Source: Chrysomallon squamiferum
Lineage: Eukaryota > Animalia > Mollusca
DNA: 64,000 bases
Direction of reading: 5' to 3'
Assembly: GCA_012295275.1 (NCBI GenBank)
Contig: CM022667.1
Span: 10,292,001-10,356,000, forward strand
Part shown: piece by piece, positions 26,379-40,681 of the stretch
Position numbering within the stretch: position 1 is the first letter of the stretch
Layout of the letters: every line of letters begins with the position of its first letter
The notes under the pieces: model-generated
The model's database searches: none
Told to the model about the DNA's origin: nothing
What the model saw: the letters and a program-made list of their open reading frames with translations, nothing else
Made by a program: the position numbers and the translations under genes

Positions 26379-29300
26379 ACTACAAAGTTAATATTACAAA
26401 GGCCAAAGAAAAATATTTGAATGTCGCCATTTTACCTCAGTAGAGAACATTTCTAAATGACAAGTTAGAGAAGTTACGCCTAAAAACCAAGAAAAGGATG
26501 GATCGCATTTTCGAAGCACCGCGACATCTTCAAGAGAAACCTTGGTATCTGACTGTATATACAACTCATTCTACACAATAGTACATGTTTTAGAAGTTGA
26601 ATGCTTTTAGTTTTAACGAAAAAGAGTGAACATTTAATTTTTACGGACTTTTAATGGATTTGTTTACATTTTCTTTTGTAAAACTGCATCAAGCGTTGTC
26701 ATGAATGTATCAAAGCAATCATTCAAATGACACGTAATCAATTTGCTTTTTACATGTAAATGCGACCTCTAATGCATTGAAAATGGAAATCAGTATTATT
26801 AAAAAAAATAAGGATTATAATGGTTTCAAGTATCGTTTTACAACTATGTACTCCGAGCTGTTCCCTATGGAGTCTTAACAGAGTAACATGTCCACATTAT
26901 AGTACCTAAAGAGAATAGTCATCTTCATATTCACGCGTTAGTGTCTGTGAAAATTCTTTATTTTATTTTGTTATTATTATTATTATTTTTTTGTTGTTTG
27001 TTGTTTTTTTTTTTTTTTTTTTCGGCTGGCGACGTCGTAATAATACAAGTACCTGAAATCCGAAAAGACCAGAAAATGGGAAGTTTTTTCCCAGACGCTA
27101 TTTTCATAGTTCGCGCGCGTGCGTGTTGTACTCACCAGACAAACATCTGTTTTCTGAACTTTCTATCATTTACACTGATAAAAATAAGGATGGTTGTTCA
27201 TATTACCAAACCATGATGTCGCGCGCCTTTCGCAACTCCTTTTTCCACTTGTTCAAACTTTTCAAACTGGATTATTTTTGTGCAAATGCGGGCATAATAA
27301 ACTAAAATTATAATTCGGTAAAAGATTAATGTATTAACTTTTCTAAATTGGCAATATTTCCTGTGACAGAACCCAACAGAAAAGAACATTCAGGTGCAGT
27401 TTGTACCCATTAAATTCTGGATGCATTTTTTTCCGGTGTCGTAATTTGTGACATTACGAGTTATCGTTCCTGTTGGTCTAGTCACTGACATATGGACCAA
27501 CAGGAACGATAACTCGTAACGGCACAAAGTACGTCACGGAAAAAAACCTCCAGAAATTTCGCCGATTTAATGGGTACAAATAACAACTAAATGTTCTTTT
27601 CTGCTGGGTTGTGACAGGGGAACATTGATCTTTTACCGAATTATAATTTAAGTATATTATGCACGCATTTTCACAAAAATAATCCACTTTGAAAGGTTTG
27701 ATTAAGTTGAAGAATTGGAAGTTTAAAATGTTCCATGAGCTCACGGAAACTTCCGATCGAAATCCAAGATGGCAACCTCGAACGCCGATTAGTGTTTACA
27801 AACTTTTAAATACGTATGCCTTCATAATGCAATCAGTTCTACATGGATTATTAAATGTAATTTGGGGAATATGTCATTTAATCAATGCCTCTTATACATA
27901 GATGTCTATTATTGAGTAGAAACTGCTTTTCTTTTTCTTTTTCTTTTCTTTTTGTTTTGTTTTGGTAACTGACCGTCGAACCATCTCGAACACGGACTTA
28001 ATATATATATATATATATATATATTATTATTATTTTTTTTTTTTTTTCAGGTATAATTACGACTTCGTAAAAAAAAAAGTAATAATAAAATAAAATAAAA
28101 TATGACGATGACTATTTTCAATAGGTACCATAACATGGACGAGTTACACTGCTAAAACTCCATAACGGACTGTTCTGAGTACGTAGCTGTAAAACGATAC
28201 TTGAAAACATTTTAATTCTTCTTTTTATATATATATATATATAATATTTATTTCCATTTTCAGTGCATTAAAGGTCGTATTACATGTAAAAAGCAAACTG
28301 ATCGCGTGTTATTTGAATGATTGCTTTGATACATTCATAAAAAATAAAAAATTAAAGGTCCAACAACCGGCCGTACAAAAAAAAATTAGTACCAAATTAA
28401 ATTTTCACTCTTTTTCGTTCAAACAAAAAGCATTCAACTTCTAAAACACGTACTATTATGTATGCAAACGATGAGTTTCCTATTGTTATTTTTATAAAAG
28501 CATTGGTCCATGCTACATTTTGCGCCGGCAAAGAAAAATAGAAGCGGCCTCTCAAACAAATGTGGAAAGAAGTATATTAAGTACATAATGAACCTGGATG
28601 GGGCACGTCACTAAAAATGAAGATAACCGCGTCTCGATTCTCAAGCCAGCCTGTAACTTAGAGTGTAGGTGTAATCCAGCAAGACAGTGAAAGAGTAATA
28701 GGAACCAACTGGCAGAGGTAAGTTAAACAAAAAAACAAAACAAGGTCAGTATGGCTGCACAAAGATGCTGATGATTTTACCCTTTCTCAAGTGGAGTTCT
28801 GATATCAACGACTGATACTTAATATGTCTGAGAAACTTTATAGGAGAAACTTTGGAGCTCAAACGTCTGTGATGACGTCATGACTACATAAATATGGCGG
28901 CTTTATCTACACTATTCTTGTTACATTTCATTATTCATTAACATAGGAGAGCCAAAATAAACACACAAACACAAAAAACAAACAAATGAATAATAATAAT
29001 AATAATAAAAAAAATATATATATATACAGAATTAATAAAGAAACGAAACAAAACTTGAAATTATGTTGGATATATTTATGCTATTTCTCCGCACACTAAA
29101 GGTATAAATATAAATAAAAATAACTTACCCGATGCAGTGTTCAAATCGATTGTGTGATGCTGCAGGATAAACAAAGTAAGACAAACCAAGTTGTTTTAGA
29201 AAACGAAGTCTCTGAAACTGCATCGTATCTATTATCTTTATACTCAGAGGATCCACTTCAATGCTGCCATGAATGGCATCATTAAAGATCTGAAATTTGT

Positions 29301-29655
29301 ATGTGTACATTTTTATTTATGTTTGTATATGTCTTTTTGTATCTATAAAAGTATATGTAGGCATGTGAGTGATTGTTTATATGTATGTAAGCATGCAGGC
29401 TTGTACTTGTACGTCTGTTAAATAAATTTAAAGGATGTTTATTTTTTTCTGAGACTGCACTATCGTTGAATACTATGACAGTTATTTGACAAAAAGAAAC
29501 ATAACAATATCAAATATAATAATAACAGTTACAATACAGAAAAAAAAAAACTAAACAAGTAACAAGAACAAGAAACATCCCCAATTAAGAATATGACAAT
29601 TAATTACCTTTTTTCTTTTTCTCCCTGACTTGTCTTGACTTCCATCAGACGACAT
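18660..29655 (-). CDS. SAMHD1: SAMHD1-like HD-domain dNTP triphosphohydrolase, paralogue B (no SAM domain), ~483 aa if the exon-5 1-nt deletion is an assembly error
   Basis: Minus-strand exons: 29655-29608 ([16 protein letters not shown]), 29289-29129 (IFNDAIHG...HNRFEHCIG), 26152-26037 (...GLCHDLG), 25252-25180 ([15 protein letters not shown]; 73 nt vs 74 in A), 24037-23891, 23268-23221, 22715-22548 ([18 protein letters not shown]), 21750-21659 ([11 protein letters not shown]), 21455-21399, 20841-20652, 20195-20133, 19968-19864 (FDYG...VYFYSK), 19262-19133, 18712-18660 (TAA). Exon structure matches paralogue A. Confidence 0.9.
19515..19660 (-). mobile_element. SINE-like remnant with (GGAA)n tail
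   Basis: (ggaa)n-aaatattctatttaacgac...ttaaggaccactctgataatgag, the reverse-complement relative of 14050-14150. Confidence 0.45.
26291..26375. repeat. (GA)n microsatellite
   Basis: Perfect GA dinucleotide run. Confidence 0.95.
26575..28462. mobile_element. ~1.9 kb foldback/long-palindrome element in intron 3 of paralogue B
   Basis: Arms are reverse complements from the centre (ttacgagttatcgttcctgttggtc 27454-27478 / gaccaacaggaacgataactcgtaa 27495-27519; 16-nt loop) out to the termini (tagtacatgttttagaagttgaatgctttt / aaaagcattcaacttctaaaacacgtacta). A more diverged middle section lies at ~27060-27240 vs 27720-27990. Confidence 0.85.
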
Positions 29656-29660
29656 TCTCA

Positions 29661-29742
<82 letters not shown>

Positions 29743-29992
29743 GAAAGAAAATATTTGTAAAAGTAAAAAATTTTGACAAATATAAATAGATTTTTTTTGA
29801 AAACGATAAAATGAAACGAGATTTTTCTTATTTAAGAAAACAATAACAACAAAACAACAACCGCAAAGTACAAAACGATGGGAAAGGTTCGATACAGATA
29901 TCAAGACACACACACACATACACACACAATTGCACTGCATATGTATGTATATGTATGTGTATGTGTGTAAACGCATAAAGCATTTTATTTCT

Positions 29993-30147
<155 letters not shown>

Positions 30148-30182
30148 TATATATTAAAGAAATTAATCTTTAGCCCACTCAC

Positions 30183-30270
30183 CTTGTTTCAGAATTAATT
30201 TGCAGATTTGAAATATTGTTTCCAGTCCAGTCAATACGTTTTATGTGGTGGTTTAAAATATAAACTTCTA
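30183..30270 (-). other. Non-coding first exon of paralogue B (proximal copy)
   Basis: Reverse complement accacataaaacgtattgactggactggaaacaatatttcaaatctgcaaattaattctgaaacaag|gtgagtggg is homologous to exon 1 of A (6017-6097) and of the pseudogene (2461-2536). The 5' boundary is uncertain. Confidence 0.7.
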
Positions 30271-30367
30271 AAATCGTGATTAAACAGAACAATCAGCAGG
30301 CAAGTTACATATAATGTGTTGTCAAATGTTATTTTCATCGATGTACTTTGCTATTAGCGTGACGTTT

Positions 30368-30499
30368 AAAGTTCAGTATCCACCCACTGAAAGAACACCA
30401 ACCATTGATAATAGCCGACCTGAGACAATCGCCAATTGATAAGAGGTAATGACAATTTTTAGGTCTAAATTATCGTCGGACTCAATGTCAAAGCTCTCT

Positions 30500-30595
<96 letters not shown>

Positions 30596-31077
30596 ATAAC
30601 CTGAAAAATTTATAATTTAATATTATAAACATTTAAATATGTTTTTCAGAAGCCCCCCCCTTACCAGAAATATAATTCGCACCTGTTCCCCAATACGATT
30701 TTGTACTTCGATGTCGATTTAGTGAAATTTTACCTTAATACTGTATTGTATTATAATGCAGCCGGTCTTCTCAGTTTCACCCTAAAACAATCACAAAATT
30801 CACAGCTGCTGATACCACACTGGGTTCGCTTTTGTTTGTTTGTTTGTTGTTGTTGTTGTTTTTTTTTTGTTTTTTTTTTTTTTTTTTTTTTCAAAAAACA
30901 TACAACTACATTATATCAGATTTGATATTTATTTTATGTTTATTTAAATTGCCATCAGAAGATACTGTACATTGAGTCTGACGATAATTTAGACCTAAAA
31001 ATTGTCATTACCTCATTGGTCTTAGTTCGGCTATTATCAATGGTTGGTGCTCTTTCAGTGGGTGGATACTGAACTTT
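30368..31077. repeat. Inverted repeat (~115-bp arms, ~480-bp spacer) unique to the gene-proximal unit
   Basis: 30368-30487 aaagttcagtatccacccactgaaag...gtctaaattatcgtcggactcaatgt vs 30969-31077 acattgagtctgacgataatttagac...ctttcagtgggtggatactgaacttt. Confidence 0.85.
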
Positions 31078-32732
31078 AATCTACTAAGCAGTTATAATGT
31101 ATTTGTTGTTTGTTTACTATGTTGCTATAGTCAGTTTGATCGTGGAAATAACTTCTACGTTAAAAAGTTTGCAACGTAAGAATAAATCCAAATTATTTAT
31201 TTATGTATTTGAAATGCAAGCAGAGACAAAGCTAACGATTAGTTGCTTGGTTACTACCTTTTCTTGTTTATTATGTTGCTATAGTCAGTTTGACTGACTT
31301 CCATAGAAGTAACCTCCAATTTAAAAAATCATCAATGTAAGATTAAATACAAATTATTTATTTATTTATTTATTTTATTTATTTTATTTTATTTGTTTAT
31401 TTATTTATGACCGACCTCTAGGGAAGTTCTCAAAATCGCAAGCGAAGACATGCACAATATAAGATTAACACCTAACAAAGAAATTAATTCTTATATCACT
31501 CACATTGACATGAACATGTTAAAATTAATGTGTAATATTTTTTTTCGAATAGATTCAGTAGGTTTTACACCCTACAGAAAATCAGGCGAAGACCACACGC
31601 AGACACATTCACTGACCAGGAAGAAAACAGAAGAAAAATAATTAAGTTGTTGCATACCTAGTTAGTGTAATATTACCATAGCAGTGTTTGTATTGGTAAA
31701 TGAGCCGTTTTCAGTTTCACCCTAAAACATTCAAAGTATTCAAAGTTTTCTTTTACTTTTTTCTTTTGTTTTGTTTTGTTTTCTTTCTTTTTTTGTCTGT
31801 TTTCTTGTTTGTTCGATCGTTTTAAGGTGTTTATTTTTATTTTTTTATTTTTTTTTAATTTTAGATCAGAATTAATTGTGTTATATCCGACTTGATATTT
31901 ATTTATTTATTTATTTATTTATTTGTTTGTTTGTTTGTTTGTTTTATTTTATTTTATTTTATTTATGACCGACTATTAGGGAAGTTCTCAAAATCGCAAC
32001 CCAAATCCATAATTATTTGAAGATGTGAAAGTTAATGTGTAATGTTCTTTAGAATCCAGTCAGTAGGTTTTAGACGCTATTGATGACCGTTGAGAATCTG
32101 ACCCTACTGAACATTACGCACACATTAATTGAACAAAATAATAATAATAATAATAATAAAAATAAAAAATAAAAAAAAATAAAAAACACCCACTTACGAC
32201 ATGTCAAGAAAAAATATATTATGACTGATTATTTTTTTTTATATATATATATATATATATATAATAATCAAAAAAAAAAAAAAAATAAATACGAAGAGAA
32301 AGAATCAAAATTGAAAGAAAGGAAAGAAAAGAAAATATTAATAGTAAACTTTAAAACTCGTTATTAATAGAGAGGAAATAAAGGCAAGTTACATACAGTC
32401 TGTCATCAGAAGTTATTTTTAATCATACTGAGATCGTCCCTGTCGTAAAATGTTTTAAAGTCATTCGCGTGACGTGTATTGTTCAGTAATCCACCCACTG
32501 AAAGAACAGCAAACCAGTGTTACTAGCCGAAGTAAGATCATCGCCAGTTGATAAGAGGTCAATAACAAAATATTTACTTGTGGGCTAAATAAAATACAAC
32601 GGAATACGTAGTGTATTTTACAGAGAGTCGGCTTCGTCAAGCTCTGGTAGACTTTAATTATGATGAGGACCGAATTTGACATTTTGTATCTTGGCATATT
32701 TTTAAAAGTGTCATTCCGTCAACTTGTCTATT

Positions 32733-32825
<93 letters not shown>

Positions 32826-33208
32826 TAACCTGTAAATATTGATTCGGAAGTCCCCCTTTACCTAAAACATAATCCGCCTCTCCTTCGAAATACGACTTTG
32901 TACTTAGATGTCGTATATTGAGTTAGTGTAATTTTACCTTAATACTGTTTGTATTATAAAGCAGCCGGTCTTCTCAATAGTCACAATTGTTGTTGTTAAC
33001 GTTTTTGTTTGTTTTTTTGTAGGGTTTTTTTGGTGGTTTTTTTGTGGGATTTTTTAAAATGAAATTCTCTTAAAGATAACAGATAACAGAAAGTGGCACT
33101 GAACAATATAAAACTGAATGAGGTTCTGACGTAAAGGTTCTGAGAAATGAAAAGTTATTACTACTATTACTTCTATTATTGTTATTGTTATAGTAATTGT
33201 TATTGTTA

Positions 33209-33285
<77 letters not shown>

Positions 33286-33776
33286 TTTATTTTCTGCCAG
33301 TAGAAGCAAAACTGTCAAACAGGCGAACGTTTATCTCACGACAGCGTTTTCTTCTCAGTTTCATCCTAAACCAGTCACAACATTCACAGTTGTTGATACC
33401 AGACTGTGCTGGCGTTTCTACGTTTTTATTTTTATTTATTTATTTTTATTTTATTTTATTTTATTTTATTTTTATTATTCTGTTGTTGTTGTTTTTGTTA
33501 AAATAAGAATTAACCGTGTTATATGCGATTCCATATTTATTTATTTATTTATTTATATAAATTGCCCGCAGAGACAAGATTAAAAACTGCTAAGAGTCTG
33601 TTTGTTGTTTGTTTACTGTGTTGATATACTCCATGGAAGTAACCTCTGACTTAAAAATTAGCAATGTAAAATTGAATCAAAATAAGTAATTCATTCATTC
33701 ATTCATTCATTCATTCATTCATTCATTCATTCATTCTGTTTTGTTTTGTTTTGTTTTGTTTTTGTTTTTGTTTATT

Positions 33777-33811
<35 letters not shown>

Positions 33812-34249
33812 TTACCGACTTCTAGGCAAGTTCTCACAATCGCAACCTAACAGCATTAAAACAACTGTATTAAAACATGCACAGTATAAGATTAACACCA
33901 AATAAAGAAATTAATTTTTGTATCACTGACCTTGATTTGAAGACGTGAAAATTACTGTGAAATATTCTTCCCAAATCAATCAGCACGCAGCTCTACCCAG
34001 GAGAATGATATGTTGTTTCGTTACTATGTCGTTTGTTTACCGTGTTGCTATGATCAGTTTAACTGCTTCCATGTAAGTCACCTCTACGTTAAAAAACGAG
34101 CAGTGTAAGATTATATCCCAAATAAGATACTTATCTATTTATTTATTTTATTTTATTTGTTTATCTATTTGTTTATTTATTTATTTATTTACTTACTTCC
34201 ATATTTATTTTATTTGTCTTATTTTATTTATTTATTTATTTATTTATTT

Positions 34250-34282
<33 letters not shown>

Positions 34283-34786
34283 TTATGACCGTCTTCCAGG
34301 GAAGTGAAGTTCTCAAAATCGCACCCTGAATGCATAATCACTGTATTAAAATATAACAACAAACAGTAGTTAAAAACCTCTGCAATATAATATTAATTCC
34401 AAATAAAGGATTATTTTTTTATATATACCTGACCGTGATTTGACGTTGTGAAAATTAACCATTTTAAACTATAAACATTTAAATATCGTTTCCGTTACCT
34501 AAAACATAATCCGCCTGTTCCCCCTCATCCGATTTTCTACAGTCGCTGACCTTTTGCTCAAGTGGCCGCATGACAAGTTACAGTTATATATTTTTTTTTT
34601 CTGTTTTCTGTCGCATACCAGTTCAGTATTACAAATGACTCACTCGACTCAGTTTCACCCTATAATACTCGCTACAAATACAAAACTATTCACAACTTCT
34701 GACAAGTCTGTGTTTGTTTTTTCTTGGATTCCTTCTTTGTTTGTTCGTTTTCAAAATATTGGGGCATGGCTAAATATCTTAGATCT

Positions 34787-34886
<100 letters not shown>

Positions 34887-34964
34887 TAATCGGGAGCGAG
34901 AGAGACAGAGAGACAGACAGAGACAGAGAGAGAGATAATCGGGGAGAGAAAGACAGAAATAATT

Positions 34965-35047
<83 letters not shown>

Positions 35048-35362
35048 AAGGTAATATAATATGATAAAGAAGTTTTTAGAAGTTGAATGCTTTTGGGTTT
35101 AACGAAAAGAATGAACATTTAATTTTTGACAAATATTTATATACGGCCCGTTGATGGACTTTCAATGGGGTTTTTTGTAGTTTTTTTTAAAATTTGTCAT
35201 GAAGGTATCAAAGCAATCATTCATTAATTTACTTTTCACATGTAAATACGACCTCTAATGCATTGAACATGGAAATAAATATTATTCAAAAAAACAACAA
35301 AAAAAAACAACAAGAATTATAATGGTTTCAAGTATCGTTTTACAACTATATACTCAGAGCTG

Positions 35363-35431
<69 letters not shown>

Positions 35432-36267
35432 TATATATTAAAGAAATTAATCTTTAGCCCACTCACCTTGTTTCAGAATTAAATTGTAGCTTTGAAATAT
35501 TGTTTCCAATCCAGTCAGTACGATTTATGTGGTGGTTTAAAATATAAACTTTTAAAATCGTGATTAAACAGAACAATCAGCAGGCAAGTTACATATAATG
35601 TGTTGTCAAATGTTATTTTCATCGATGTATTTTGCTATAAACATACAACTGTGTTATATCAGATTCGATATTGATTTATTTATTTAAAATGCCATCAGAG
35701 ACAAGTGCAATAATTAAAGCTAACGATTAGTTGCTTCGTTACTATGTTTTTCTTGTTTATTATGTTGTTATAGTCAGTTTGACCGACTTCCATAGACGTA
35801 ACCTCCACTTTAAAAAAATAATCAATGTAAGATTAAATCCAAATTATTTATTTATGACCGACCTCTAGGAAGTTCTCAAAATCGCAAGCGAAGACATTCA
35901 CAATATAAGATTAACACCTAACAAAGAAATTAATTCTTATAGCACTCACACTGACGTGAACATGTTAAAATTAATGTGTAATATATTTTTTCGAATCGAT
36001 TCAGTAGGTTTTACTCGCTACAGAAAATCAGGCGAAGACCACACGCAGACACATTCACTGATCAGGGAGAAAACAGAAGAAAAATAATTAAGTTGTTGCA
36101 TACCGAGTTAGAGTAATATTACCATAGCAGTGTTTGTATTTCAGTTGAGCCGTTTTCAGTTTCACCCTAAAGCATTCAAAGTATTCCAAGTTTTCTTTTA
36201 CTTTTTTCTTTTGTTTTGTTTTGTTGTTTTTTCTGTTTTCTTGTTTGTTCGATCGTTTTGGGGTGTT

Positions 36268-36306
<39 letters not shown>

Positions 36307-36687
36307 TCAGAATTAATTGTGTTATATCCGACTTGATATTTATTTATTTATTTATTTATTTATTTGTTTGTTTGTTTGTTTGTTTGTTTTATTTTAATTT
36401 ATTTTATTTTATTTATAACCGACTATTAGGGAAGTTCTCAAAACGCAACCCAAATCCATAATTATTTGAAGATGTGAAAGTTAATGTGTAATGTTCTTTA
36501 GAATCCAGTCAGTAGGTTTTAGACGATATTGGTGACTGTTGAGAATCTGACCCTACTGAACATTACAGACACATTAACTGAACAAAATAATAATAATAAT
36601 AATAATAATAAAAATCAAAAATCAAAAGTAAAAAAAACCCACCCACTTACGACATGTCAAGAAAAAATATATTATGACTGATTATTT

Positions 36688-36718
<31 letters not shown>

Positions 36719-37338
36719 ATAATAATAATCAAAAAAACAAAAACAAAAATACGAAGAGAAAGAATCAAAATTGAAAGAAAGGAAAGAAAAGAAAATATTA
36801 ATAGTAAACTTTAAAACTCGTTATTAATAGAGAGGAAATAAAGGCAAGTTACATACAGTCTGTCATCAGAAGTTATTTAAACTTTAAAACTCGTTATTAA
36901 TAGAGAGGAAATAAAGGCAAGTTACATACAGTCTGTCATCAGAAGTTATTTAAACTTTAAAACTTGTTATTAATAGAGAGGAAATAAAGGCAAGTTATAT
37001 ACAGTCTGTCATCAGAAGTTATTTTTAGTCATACTGAGATCGTCCCTGTCGTAAAATGTTTCAAAGTCATTCGCGTGACGTGTATTGTTCAGTAATCCAC
37101 CCACTGAAAGAACAGCAAACCAGTGTTACTAGCCGAAGTAAGATCATCGCCAGTTGATAAGAGGTCAATAACAAAATATTTACTTTGTGGGCTAATAAAA
37201 TACAACGGAATACGTAGTGTATTTTACAGAGAGTCGGCTTCGTCAAGCTCTGGTAGACTTTAATTATGTTGACGACCGAATTTGACATTTTGTATCTTGG
37301 CATATTTTTAAAAGTATCATTCCGTCAACTTGTCTGTT

Positions 37339-37405
<67 letters not shown>

Positions 37406-37792
37406 GCTGATAACCTGTAAATATTGATTCGGAAGTCCCCTTTACCTAAAACATAATCCGCCTCTCCTTCGAAATACGACTTTGTACTTAGTTGCCGTAT
37501 ATCGAGTTAGTGTAATTTTACCTTAATACTGTTTGTATTATAAAGCAGCCGGTCTTCTCAATAGTCACAATTGTTGTTGTTAACGTTTTTGTTTGTTTTT
37601 TTGTAGGTTTTTTTTGGTGTTTTTTTTGTGGGATTTTTTAAAATGAAATTCTCTTAAAGATAACAGATAACAGAAAGTGGCACTGAACAATATAAAACTG
37701 AATGAGGTTCTGACGTAAAGGTTCTGAGAAATGAAAAGTTATTACTACTATTACTTCTATTATTGTTATTGTTATAGTAATTGTTATTGTTA

Positions 37793-37833
<41 letters not shown>

Positions 37834-38107
37834 GTTATTATTATTATTATTTTCTGCCAGTAGAAGCAAAACTGTCAAACAGGCGAACGTTTATCTCACG
37901 ACAGCGTTTTCTTCTCAGTTTCATCCTAAACCAGTCACAACATTCACAGTTGTTGATACCAGACTGTGCTGGCGTTTCTACGTTTTTATTTTTATTTATT
38001 TATTTTTATTTTATTTTATTTTATTTATTTTTTTTTTTTTATATTATTCTGTTGTTGTTGTTTTTTTTTAAAAATAAGAATTAACCGTGTTATATGCGAT
38101 TCGATAT

Positions 38108-38138
<31 letters not shown>

Positions 38139-39364
38139 TATAAATTGCCCCGCAGAGACAAGTTTAAAAACTGCTAAGAGTCTGTTTGTTGTTTGTTTAC
38201 TGTGTTGATATACTCCATGGAAGTAACCTCTGACTTAAAAATTAGCAATGTAAAATTGAATCAAAATAAGTAATTCATTCATTCATTCATTCATTCATTC
38301 ATTCATTCATTCTGTTTTGTTTTGTTTTTGTTTTTGTTTTTGTTTATTTTATTTATTTATTTATTTATTTTTATTTATTACCGACTTCTAGGCAAGTTCT
38401 CACAATCGCAACCTAACATCATTAAAACCACTGTATCAAAACATGCACAGTATAAGATTAACACCAAATAAAGAAATCAATTTTTGTATCACTGACCTTG
38501 ATTTGAAGACGTGAAAATTACTGTGAAATATTCTTCCCAATTCAATCAATACGCAACTCTAAGGAGAATGATATGTTGTTTCGTTACTATGTCGTATGTT
38601 TACCGTGTTGCTATGGTCAGTTTAACTGCTTCCATGTAAGTAACATCTACGTTAAAAAACGAGCAGTGTAAGATTATATCCAAATAAGATACTTATCTAT
38701 TTATTTATTTTATTTTATTTGTGTATCTATTTGTTTATTTATTTATTTATTTATTTATTTACTTACTTCCATATTTATTTTATTTGTCTTCTTTTATTTA
38801 TTTATTTATTTATTTATTTATTTGTTTTATGTATTTTTTTTTATTTTTTTTATTTTATTTTATTTATGACCGTCTTCCAGGGAAGTGAAGTTCTCAAAAT
38901 CGCACCCTAAATGCATAATCACTGTATTAAAATATAACAACAAACAGTAGTTAAAAACCTCTGCAATATAATATTAATTCCAAATAAAGGATTATTTTTT
39001 TATATATACCTGACCGTGATTTGACGTTGTGAAAATTAACCATTTTAAACTATAAACATTTAAATATCGTTTCCGTTACCTAAAACATAATCCGCCTGTT
39101 CCCCCCCCCCATCCGATTTTCTACAGTCGCTGACCTTTTGCTCAAGTGGCCGCATGACAAGTTACAGTTATATATTTTTTTTCTGTTTTCTGTCGCATAC
39201 CAGTTCAGTATTACAAATGACTCACTCGACTCAGTTTCACCCTATAATACTCGCTACAAATACAAAACTATTCACAACTTCTGACAAGTCTGTGTTTGTT
39301 TTTTTCTTGGATTCCTTCTTTGTTTGTTCGTTTTCAAAATATTGGGGCATGGCTAAATATAGAT

Positions 39365-39441
<77 letters not shown>

Positions 39442-39760
39442 AAGGTAATATAATATGATAAAGAAGTTTTTAGAAGTTGAATGCTTTTGGGTTTAACGAA
39501 AAAGAATGAACATTTAATTTTTGACAAATATTTATATACGGCCCGTTGATGGACTTTCAATGGGGTTTTTTGTATTTTTTTTTTTAAATTTGTCATGAAG
39601 GTATGAAAGCAATCATTCATTAATTTACTTTTCACATGTAAATACGACCTCTAATGCATTGAACATGGAAATAAATATTATTCAAAAAAACAACAAAAAA
39701 AACAACAACAAGAATTATAATGGTTTCAAGTATCGTTTTACAACTATATACTCAGAACTG

Positions 39761-39817
<57 letters not shown>

Positions 39818-40637
39818 TATATATTAAAGAAATTAATCTTTAGCCCACTCACCTTGTTTCAGAATTAAATTGTAGCTTTGAAATATTGTTTCCAGTCCAG
39901 TCAGTACGATTTATGTGGTGGTTTAAAATATAAACTTTTAAAATCGTGATTAAACAGAACAATCAGCAGGCAAGTTACATATAACGTGTTGTCAAATGTT
40001 ATTTTCATCGATGTATTTTGCTATAAACATACAACTGTGTTTTATCAGATTCGATATTGATTTATTTATTGAAAATGCCATCAGAGACAAGTGCAATAAT
40101 TAAAGCTAACGATTAGTTGCTTCGTTACTATGTTTTCTTGTTTATTATGTTGCTATAGTCAGTTTGACCGACTTCCATATACGTAACCTCCACTTTAAAA
40201 AATAATCAATGTAAGATTAAATCCAAATTATTTATTTATGACCGACCTCTAGGGAAGTTCTCAAAATCGCAAGCGAAGACATTCACAATATTTTTTAAAT
40301 TATATTCTTATAGCACTCACACTGACGTGAACATGTTAAAATTAATGTGTAATATTTTTTTTCGAATCGATTCAGTAGGTTTTACTCCTACAGAAAATCA
40401 GGCGAAGACCACACGCAGACACATTCACTGATCAGGGAGAAAACAGAAGAAAAATAATTAAGTTGTTGCATACCGAGTTAGAGTAATATTACCATAGCAG
40501 TGTTTGTATTTCAATTGAGCCGTTTTCAGTTTCACCCTAAAGCATTCAAAGTATTCCAAGTTTTCTTTTACTTTTTTCTTTTGTTTTGTTTTGTTGTTTT
40601 TTCTGTTTTCTTGTTTGTTCGATCGTTTTGGGGTGTT

Positions 40638-40681
<44 letters not shown>

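Noticed and set aside
32461-32697. 78-aa ORF MPRYKMSNSV... repeated in several array units
   Set aside because: It has no recognisable domain, recurs only because of the tandem duplication, and is frameshifted in units 4 and 5.
36806-37025. 73-bp repeats as a possible CRISPR-like array
   Set aside because: They are head-to-tail identical units without unique spacers, in a eukaryotic context with no cas genes.
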